This document shows, in pieces, positions 8,926-15,519 of a DNA stretch of 41,177 nt; position 1 is the first letter of the stretch; every line of letters starts with the position of its first letter. Origin of the DNA: a bacterium. Lineage in GTDB: Bacteria > Patescibacteriota > Minisyncoccia > Moranbacterales > UBA1568. The stretch covers positions 598,349 through 639,525 of the forward strand of contig JAKACP010000001.1 in NCBI GenBank assembly GCA_021821305.1, read 5' to 3'. A program made the position numbers and the translations under genes. The notes beneath the pieces are model-generated. The model was given only the letters and a program-made list of their open reading frames with translations. It ran no database searches and had not been told where the DNA came from.

Positions 8926-10710
8926 ATGACGGCCAAAAAGGAAGCTTTCGCGCGCATATTCGCATCATCTGTCATCTGGCTCATCCTCATCATCGCGCTG
9001 GGCGGATTTCTCCGTCTCCACGAGTTTTCCGACTGGCTCCACTTCGAGCTCGACCAGTCCCGCGACGCGCGAGTCGTGGACGACGCGGTCGAAGGAGGCC
9101 CCGGCGAACTGACGCTTCTCGGGATGAAGGCGGGTGGGACGTCGCTCCGCCTCGGACCCGGATTCTACTACCTCGAGTACGTCTCGGCGCTCCTTTTCGG
9201 TGGCACACCTGAGGGGATGGCCCTCATCATCCCGATACTGTCGATCGCGTCGATCGGGCTCTTCTACCTCCTCGCACGGCGGTTCTTCGGGACACGGCTC
9301 GCGCTCGGGCTCACGCTTCTCTTTTCCGTCTCCGCATATCTGGTCATGTACGGTCGGTTCGCCTGGAATCCGAATCCGATCCCGTTCTTCTCGCTTCTCG
9401 GGTTCTACGCACTCCTCCGGTCGGTCGCGCCCGGCGCGCTCCATCCGGGCCGGTGGTTCGTGCTCTCGGCGTTCGCGATCGGCTTCGCCACGCATCTCCA
9501 TTTCCTCGCCTTTCTCGCGTTGCCGGCCGTCGCCTTCCTGTTCCTCCTCGTCCGCCGGCCGAGATTCTCCGGCAAGGCATGGGGAGCCGCGATAGCCGCC
9601 TTTCTCGTCTTCTATGTCCCAGTGGTCTTAAACGAGATCGAGACGGGCGGCGCCAATTCCAAGGCGTTCCTCAAGGCGGTCACCGAAAAATCCTCGAAGG
9701 AGGACCATTCCCTTTCCGCCAAGCTCGTCAAAAATACCATCGAACACGAACTCGGATACCTCGTCGTCACGAGCGGATACGAGGGCGGTGATTTCTTCCG
9801 ATTCAAGAAAACCGAGGATGGGATCACGACGGAGTGCAACGCGCGATGCCGGAACGGATGGATATATGGGGCCGGATCGATGGTCGTCTTCGCGCTCGGG
9901 CTCCTGTCGCTCGGCTTCCTCTGGTGGAAGACGCGCGAGCGTGAGAAATCCGACGTACTCCTCCTCTCGGGGATCTGGTTTTCCGTCACGTTTCTCCTGT
10001 TTCTGCCGCTCGCCTACGGATTCGCGCCGCGGTTCTTTCTCGTGGTGGCACCGATCCCGTTCCTCCTCCTCGGCTTCCTCGCCGAGGCGATGATGCGGCT
10101 CTTGCCCTGGAAAAAGGCGGCGATCACGGCGACGGTAGCCGGCATAGCAGGTCTCACGTTCTCGAACCTCTGGTATCTCTCGGCGCGATTCGACCAGCTC
10201 GCCCTCGCCCCCTCGGAAGCGATATCGACCCCCGCGGATCGGATTCTCAAGGAACGGACCCGCGTGACCCTCGAGCAGCAGCGCCTGATCATCGGATTTC
10301 TCAAGGAATACTCCGACCGCACCGGCTACCCGGTCTATATGCACAGCGAGCCGGAGCATCGGCGCGCCCTCAAATACCTCCTCGAACGCGCCGGCGTACA
10401 AAACGACCTCCTCACCACGGGAAACATCTACCAGGAGGGGATCTATGTCCTCATCCTCCGATCAGGGTCGGATCTCTATGACGGCATGGAGAAGTACCTC
10501 GAGCGCTACGACGTGGTCGCGCGACATCCCTTCGGGACGCTCACGATGATCGAGTTCCGTCCGAAGCCCGAGTTCGTCCGGGCGAAGCGCCAGTCGTTCG
10601 AACCGGAGCCGGCGAAGGTCATCGACAACCTGACCGCGCTCCCGCGCTACACCTGGCGGGAATGGTGGGAGCGGAAGAACGACACGACGAACGATGAGGA
10701 AGAAGAATGA
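8926..10710 (+). CDS. GT-C fold membrane glycosyltransferase (PMT_2/ArnT-like), paralog 3
   Basis: Polytopic protein with an early-loop acidic motif (HFELDQSRDARVVDD) and a C-terminal soluble domain. Transcribed divergently from paralog 2. Confidence 0.65.
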   Translation: MTAKKEAFARIFASSVIWLILIIALGGFLRLHEFSDWLHFELDQSRDARVVDDAVEGGPGELTLLGMKAGGTSLRLGPGFYYLEYVSALLFGGTPEGMALIIPILSIASIGLFYLLARRFFGTRLALGLTLLFSVSAYLVMYGRFAWNPNPIPFFSLLGFYALLRSVAPGALHPGRWFVLSAFAIGFATHLHFLAFLALPAVAFLFLLVRRPRFSGKAWGAAIAAFLVFYVPVVLNEIETGGANSKAFLKAVTEKSSKEDHSLSAKLVKNTIEHELGYLVVTSGYEGGDFFRFKKTEDGITTECNARCRNGWIYGAGSMVVFALGLLSLGFLWWKTREREKSDVLLLSGIWFSVTFLLFLPLAYGFAPRFFLVVAPIPFLLLGFLAEAMMRLLPWKKAAITATVAGIAGLTFSNLWYLSARFDQLALAPSEAISTPADRILKERTRVTLEQQRLIIGFLKEYSDRTGYPVYMHSEPEHRRALKYLLERAGVQNDLLTTGNIYQEGIYVLILRSGSDLYDGMEKYLERYDVVARHPFGTLTMIEFRPKPEFVRAKRQSFEPEPAKVIDNLTALPRYTWREWWERKNDTTNDEEEE

Positions 10711-10718
10711 GGCCGAGT

Positions 10719-10787
10719 AAAAAACACAAAACACAGTGCACAAAACGCCAAACAAAACACGGGATACAAGACATGAAAACACAAACC
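10719..10787 (+). repeat. ACA-rich dispersed repeat, copy 3a
   Basis: aaaaacacaaaacacagtgcacaaaacgccaaacaaaacacgggatacaagacatgaaaacacaaacc. Confidence 0.7.
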
Positions 10788-10796
10788 GGCAGGAAT

Positions 10797-10850
10797 TATT
10801 TTGTGTTCTGAATATCGTGTTTTGTTTGGATTTTTGTGTTTTCGATTTTT
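10797..10850 (-). repeat. ACA-rich dispersed repeat, copy 3b (inverted); with 3a it forms a long hairpin followed by a T-rich tract
   Basis: ccaaacaaaacacg (10748-10761) pairs perfectly with cgtgttttgtttgg (10816-10829). cacaaaa (10739-10745) pairs with ttttgtg (10832-10838). This is followed by ttttcgattttt, so it may terminate the 8926..10710 transcript. Confidence 0.6.
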
Positions 10851-10878
10851 GGGCTTTAAATAAGTAAACTGTAATAGT

Positions 10879-12426
10879 ATGCGAAGGTTTTCTTGGAGGA
10901 GTCCGTGGATTATTTTGGTCGGTATAATATTGCTCGGGGCGGTGCTCCGGTTCTGGGGGCTCGGGTACAATTCGTTCGTCGCGGACGAGTTCCTCGACAT
11001 CAACTCGTCGTACGGCTATGCCCAGACGGGGGAATGGAAGGCGTGGGATTTCAACCACGGCCGGCCGTCGGAGGTCAATATCAACCAGGCCCGCGACGAG
11101 CGCGCGAATATCTATAAATGGCAGGTCGCCCAGCTCTTCTCCTTCCTCCCGCCGACGGAAGCCGTCGCCCGGAGCATCTCCGCGCTCTGGGGCGTCTTCT
11201 CCATCGTGGCCATGTTCCTCGCCGGGTGGATGTTCTCCGGCAAGAAGACGGTCGGGCTCTTCGCGGCATTCCTGTTCGCGGTATCCGTCTCGGGGCTCGA
11301 ATTCGACCGGAAACTGCGTATGTACGCGATGTTCTTCCCGGTGTTCCTCCTCATGTCCGTCTCCCTCTTCGGCCTCTATGAACGCGAATACAAGGGGAAA
11401 GTACGAGCGCTCCGGATATTCTGGGACAAGACCGAGCTCAATGCGCTCTATCTCCTTCCGCTCGTCGTCTTCGGATTCCTGAGCTTCCAGACGCACCAGC
11501 TGTGGATCAACATCGTTCCGATGTTCGGCGCATACGTCGCGGCGATGATACTCCTCGCGTGGTACCGCAAGGAATCCGCGGCGGACAAATACATGGCGAC
11601 CGCGGGCCTGGGGCTCGCTTTGGCGCTCGTCGCGTGGACCGTGGCGCCGGACAGGGTCAAGGCGCTCTTCGGCGCGCTCGTCTTCTTCGACAATCACTAC
11701 TCGTACTTCCGCTACGTCGTCCGCGATTTCGCGCACCCGCTGATCGCGGCCGGACTCTTCGCGCTCGGCGCGTGGCATCTCGCCAAGAAGCTCGGCCGGG
11801 AAAAGGAGGCGCTCTGGCTCCTCGTCTCCGCGCTCGTACCGCTCGCGATGGCGGTCTGGTTCTGGCGCCGCAACGAGGGTCAACAATATATCTTCTTCGC
11901 ACAGTCGTTCATGGGGATCCTCGTCGCGACCGGCGGATATGCGCTCGTCGGATTCCTGCGGGAGGAATTCTCCGGACGCTGGAAGCGGGTGACCGCCGTC
12001 TCGATCGCCACGCTCGCGCTCCTCGTCCCCAATTATGGATATTTCCTCGCGGAAAACAACACCTACCATGAGACCTCGTCGGGCAGCAACCCGAATTACC
12101 GAAAGGTCTTCTCCTACTTCAAGGACAAGCGCGCGCAAGATGACGTCCTCATCACGCGCAATTTCCGCAACTACTACTGGAGCGGGGAAAACGTGACCGT
12201 CTACGACTTCGGCGGCGAACTCTCCGAGACCAAGTTCTCCCTCGAGGAACTCCAAGACATCATGGCGCGACATCCGAAGGGCTGGTTCATCGCCTCCGGC
12301 AACGACACGGATTACGTGGCGAGCACCGCGGAACGGTTCATCGAAGGGAACATGGAACGCATGAGCGATTCGCGTCTCCGCGGGGACATCGTGGTCTATC
12401 GGTGGGACACGACGAGCGGACAGTAG
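10879..12426 (+). CDS. GT-C fold membrane glycosyltransferase (GT39/PMT_2-like), paralog 4
   Basis: Motif WGLGYNSFVADEFLDINSSYGYAQTGEW (first-loop DE motif), multiple TM segments and a C-terminal soluble domain. Confidence 0.7.
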   Translation: MRRFSWRSPWIILVGIILLGAVLRFWGLGYNSFVADEFLDINSSYGYAQTGEWKAWDFNHGRPSEVNINQARDERANIYKWQVAQLFSFLPPTEAVARSISALWGVFSIVAMFLAGWMFSGKKTVGLFAAFLFAVSVSGLEFDRKLRMYAMFFPVFLLMSVSLFGLYEREYKGKVRALRIFWDKTELNALYLLPLVVFGFLSFQTHQLWINIVPMFGAYVAAMILLAWYRKESAADKYMATAGLGLALALVAWTVAPDRVKALFGALVFFDNHYSYFRYVVRDFAHPLIAAGLFALGAWHLAKKLGREKEALWLLVSALVPLAMAVWFWRRNEGQQYIFFAQSFMGILVATGGYALVGFLREEFSGRWKRVTAVSIATLALLVPNYGYFLAENNTYHETSSGSNPNYRKVFSYFKDKRAQDDVLITRNFRNYYWSGENVTVYDFGGELSETKFSLEELQDIMARHPKGWFIASGNDTDYVASTAERFIEGNMERMSDSRLRGDIVVYRWDTTSGQ

Positions 12427-12454
12427 GGGAACATCGCAGAAACGACGGAGAGAC

Positions 12455-12497
12455 AAAAAATAATCCCCGGAACGCATTCGCGTCCGGGGATGTTTCA
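12455..12497. terminator. bidirectional intrinsic terminator
   Basis: aaaaaa-ta-ATCCCCGGA-acgcattcgcg-TCCGGGGAT-gtttcattt. On the minus strand the stem is followed by ttatttttt. Confidence 0.65.
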
Positions 12498-12704
12498 TTT
12501 GCCTCTCTTGCCTCTTCGATGGTAGACGCCGGTCGGGCGTTTCACGTCCCGATGCCGTTTCGGAAACCGATCGCGTGGTGGTCCGTTTCCGCCGCCGCAC
12601 TCCGCTCCCGACAGGGATATGAGGAGCGGCAGGGGAGGCTGTATTCGGATGAAATAGGCATGAAGCAGATACGACAGCAATGGCGTTCTCATTCGAGCGA
12701 CCAT
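12495..12704 (-). CDS. hypothetical small protein (69 aa; hydrophobic N-terminal half, highly basic tail)
   Basis: Strong SD (aagAGAGGAGttcatcATG) and a terminator directly downstream (12455-12497). No recognisable family, so it could be non-coding. Confidence 0.3.
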   Translation of the reverse strand: MVARMRTPLLSYLLHAYFIRIQPPLPLLISLSGAECGGGNGPPRDRFPKRHRDVKRPTGVYHRRGKRGK

Positions 12705-12730
12705 GATGAACTCCTCTCTTAACGTCTGTG

Positions 12731-12765
12731 AAAAAATTGGAAACCCCGACGATGTTCCGTCGGGG
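12731..12765 (-). terminator. intrinsic terminator of the 95-aa ORF
   Basis: On the minus strand: CCCCGACG-gaacat-CGTCGGGG followed by tttccaatttttt. Confidence 0.65.
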
Positions 12766-12786
12766 CGATTTCCTATTTAGCGGTCT

Positions 12787-13074
12787 TCAGGCCCCCCCGA
12801 GACCACCAATCTTGCATTTGCAGCCGTTCCCACCACCCATGAGCATACCTCTATCGGCGACCTGTATGGTCTTGTTTTTGCTGTCCACATAGAGCGGCAC
12901 GCCGCAAGCGATGCAGGCGATACGATCCCTCGGCAACATTTGGATCCTTTCGACATCTTCCGGCCTCACCTTCTCCAGATTCGGTCGATTGATCGCCACC
13001 GCTTTCGACCGGATGATATCGGCCAGTTCCTCACGCCACGCCGCGCTTACATGCCCCTTCATTCGTCTCACCAT
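12787..13074 (-). CDS. hypothetical small protein (95 aa) with CxxC...CxC cysteines and a Gly-rich C-terminus
   Basis: SD aaGGAAAGAAGGtagaaaATG with its own promoter and terminator. The protein reads ...RIACIACGVPLYVD...MLMGGGNGCKCKIGGLGGA. No family recognised. Confidence 0.55.
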   Translation of the reverse strand: MVRRMKGHVSAAWREELADIIRSKAVAINRPNLEKVRPEDVERIQMLPRDRIACIACGVPLYVDSKNKTIQVADRGMLMGGGNGCKCKIGGLGGA

Positions 13075-13141
13075 TTTCTACCTTCTTTCCTTGTGAATGT
13101 ACTTGAAACTGCCCCTTGTGAAACCATGCAGGTTTCAAGTC

Positions 13142-13170
13142 ACCATACCACTTTTTTGGCACTTTGTCAA
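13142..13170 (-). promoter_or_regulatory. sigma70-like promoter for the 95-aa ORF
   Basis: Minus strand TTGACA-N17-TATGGT. The predicted ~60-nt leader contains a 9-bp hairpin (acttgaaac / gtttcaagt, 13101-13140). Confidence 0.45.
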
Positions 13171-13220
13171 AAGAGAAGAACGAAGCTGAAACAAAGCAAG
13201 AAATCCGTAACTCCTCCCGT

Positions 13221-14696
13221 TTATACCTGGCGCGAACCGTCCTTCCGGAACAGTTTCAGCAAGGGAGCGATATCAGCATCCGTGAGCTCCTTGAACGCGA
13301 GAAGGGGGAGATAGTAGAGCGCGAACAGGAGAACGCCGGAAGCCATGAACGAGATCGGACCGGAGGGGAGTATCGTCGAAAGAAGCGCTGTAGCGATCGC
13401 GGAGCCGATGGAGACGGACCACAGCTTCGCCGAAAGCGAGACGGCGAAATGACGTGCCGTGTAGGCGAGTATGACAACCATGAGCAGGAACGAGACGATC
13501 GACGTGGCCGCGGCCGCACCCTCGATGCCGAATGGCGGGATGAGCAGGAAATTGAGCAGGAGCGCGACGAGGACACCGAGAGCCGAGAGCTTCATCGGGA
13601 TCCTGACCTGACCGGCACCGGAAAGCGCGAATGCGAGGACATAGAAGACGGTAAGGAATCCGGCGCCGAGCGAGAAGATGCTCATCGCGTCGGCCGCACC
13701 GAGGTAACGGTTCCCGTAGAAGAGGCGGAGTATCGGTTCGGCATAGACCGCAAGGAGCGTGACGAACGGGAAGAGGAGGAAGGCCATGAGGCGAAGCGAT
13801 TTACCGACGAGCGAACCGGTTTCCTCCGGACCGCGATCGGCCTGCGCCTTGGCGATGGCTGGGACCATCATGACCGCGAGCGCGTAGAAGAGATAGTACG
13901 GGATGCGCCCGACGGTGATCGCCGCGTTGTAGAGGCCGGTCGCGACATCGTCCTGGAGGATCGCCTTCACGAGATAGAGATCGAGCGTGAGCACGAGCTC
14001 GTAGAAGACGAGGAAGAGCGTGAGCGGCCAGGCATACGCGAGGAGCAGTCTGCCGGAAAACGAGAATCCCTCTTCCGGCTTCTGCGAGAAGGACCGCTTG
14101 GTGATGATCGAGTCGGCGACCAGTCCGACGAAGAAGACCGAGAGCGGCGCGAGGATGTATCCGGCGACTGATCCGGGAAGACCGAAGAGGAAGGCAAGTC
14201 CGACGATGAAGAGGAGCCGCGCGAAGGAACGGATGATCTTGAGCGTTGCCTGGAAGCGGAAATAGTGGAGGCCGCTGTAATAGTGGATATAGAAGGATGC
14301 CGCGGCGAACGCGGGAATGATGAGCGATGAAAAGGCGAAGAGTGGGGTGAGACTCGGATCGCCGAGAAGCCGCGCGATGAGCGGAGAAGCGAGGAAGAAT
14401 ATCACGGTAAGACTCCCCATGACGACCGCCTGCAGTTTGGCGCCCTCGCGCTTGATAATCGGGACCTTCCACGGAGCTTTCTCGAAGACCTCGGAGAGAT
14501 ATTTCGACATCGCGGTCGGGAGCCCGTTGCCCACGAGGACGATGATCATGGTCGTGAGCGTGATGACGAGGCCGTAGCGGCCGTAATCGGCCGGTCCGAG
14601 GATCCGTCCGACCGAGGCGTGCACGACATAGCTCGCGATATTGAAGACGACTTCGGAGGCGGTGAGCCAGACGAGCGCACGGGAGAAGTTTTTCAT
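13221..14696 (-). CDS. polysaccharide/oligosaccharide flippase, MOP superfamily (Wzx-like)
   Basis: 491 aa with ~12-14 TM segments. N-terminal ALVWLTASEVVFNIASYVVHASVGRILGPADYGRYGL is typical of Polysacc_synt/Wzx. Confidence 0.8.
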   Translation of the reverse strand: MKNFSRALVWLTASEVVFNIASYVVHASVGRILGPADYGRYGLVITLTTMIIVLVGNGLPTAMSKYLSEVFEKAPWKVPIIKREGAKLQAVVMGSLTVIFFLASPLIARLLGDPSLTPLFAFSSLIIPAFAAASFYIHYYSGLHYFRFQATLKIIRSFARLLFIVGLAFLFGLPGSVAGYILAPLSVFFVGLVADSIITKRSFSQKPEEGFSFSGRLLLAYAWPLTLFLVFYELVLTLDLYLVKAILQDDVATGLYNAAITVGRIPYYLFYALAVMMVPAIAKAQADRGPEETGSLVGKSLRLMAFLLFPFVTLLAVYAEPILRLFYGNRYLGAADAMSIFSLGAGFLTVFYVLAFALSGAGQVRIPMKLSALGVLVALLLNFLLIPPFGIEGAAAATSIVSFLLMVVILAYTARHFAVSLSAKLWSVSIGSAIATALLSTILPSGPISFMASGVLLFALYYLPLLAFKELTDADIAPLLKLFRKDGSRQV

Positions 14697-15295
14697 AGGG
14701 AGCCGAGGATATCGGAAAACACCGCTTCTTTCGATCGTCCGGCATCGATGACGATGAAGTTGCGCCGTTTCGCCTGCGCGAGGAACAGCGCCCGCTTCGC
14801 CTCGAGGTACCCGATGCCCTGTTCGGGGACTCGCTCGCGGGACATGACTATTTCGGGATCGATATCGAGATAGAACGCCTTGTCGGCCTCGGGCAGGAAC
14901 AGATCGAGAACGTACCTGCCGACACGGACGATCCAGGCGTCGGAAAGGTAGGAAAGATTGACGAGCGAGTCGTAGAACGAACGGTCGGAGAGCAGATAGT
15001 CGACATGCTCCCGCTCAAGTCTGCGACGGAGGAACCGGAAACGGAGGAAATCAAGCAAGAGGAATTTCTCACGCAACACGACCGACAACCACGAGGCGTC
15101 CGTCACCGCCCGGTCCTTGCCGGGCTCGAAGGCCTTTTGCCCCCTGAAAAGACGGGCGAGGCGATTGGCGGCGGAAAACTCGGTCGCATGAAAATACGCG
15201 GCCGTACATCCCTTTTTCTCGATATGCTCCCGGAGAAGGGCGAGCTGGGTTGATTTCCCCGACCCGTCGACGCCGCTTATCGTGATGAATCTCAT
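14693..15295 (-). CDS. thymidylate-kinase-like P-loop protein
   Basis: Motif MRFITISGVDGSGKSTQ (a dTMP-kinase type P-loop). Its TGA overlaps the Wzx ATG (ATGA at 14693-14696). An alternative in-frame start at 15316 lies inside the conserved element A, so I prefer 15295. Confidence 0.6.
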   Translation of the reverse strand: MRFITISGVDGSGKSTQLALLREHIEKKGCTAAYFHATEFSAANRLARLFRGQKAFEPGKDRAVTDASWLSVVLREKFLLLDFLRFRFLRRRLEREHVDYLLSDRSFYDSLVNLSYLSDAWIVRVGRYVLDLFLPEADKAFYLDIDPEIVMSRERVPEQGIGYLEAKRALFLAQAKRRNFIVIDAGRSKEAVFSDILGSL

Positions 15296-15312
15296 AGAGT
15301 TTGTCGGAAAAG

Positions 15313-15435
15313 TCATGTCGAGCTAAAACTCAAAAATTTCGAGCGAAAATCGTAAAAATGGAGGAGGAATATCGAGATATTTCAACAAGATTTGAACGAT
15401 TTGCAGCCGAAATTTTTGAGTTTTGGACGACAAGC
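15313..15435. repeat. 123-nt conserved AT-rich hairpin element, copy A (candidate structured/cis-regulatory RNA)
   Basis: Gap-free alignment to the reverse complement of 31840-31962. Helices are 15325-15341/15408-15424 and 15347-15353/15396-15402. Apical GAGGAGG and TATC-N2-GATA. Confidence 0.7.
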
Positions 15436-15519
15436 ATATTCTTTTCTCTCCTCTTGTAGTGAATTTTTCGACAAGCTCTTATATCGAAGGGTAACAAAAA
15501 GTGCTAGTATAAGCAATGT

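Noticed and set aside
3520-10850. Possibility that the ACA-rich repeats are a CRISPR array
   Set aside because: The copies are kilobases apart, separated by full-length genes. They differ in length and sequence, and one is inverted. There are no regular repeat-spacer units and no cas genes.
10462-12600. 712-aa minus-strand ORF
   Set aside because: It is antisense to GT-C paralog 4 and the end of paralog 3, and it runs through an intergenic repeat region. Its composition is R/E/D/P-rich with no motifs.
12787-13074. Idea that the 95-aa ORF is a RiPP precursor (leader, then GG, then Cys-containing core)
   Set aside because: No maturation enzymes (radical SAM, YcaO, LanM, peptidase-ABC exporter) are nearby. 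The internal CxxC plus C-terminal CxC fits a small zinc-binding protein equally well. I kept it only as a hypothetical small protein.
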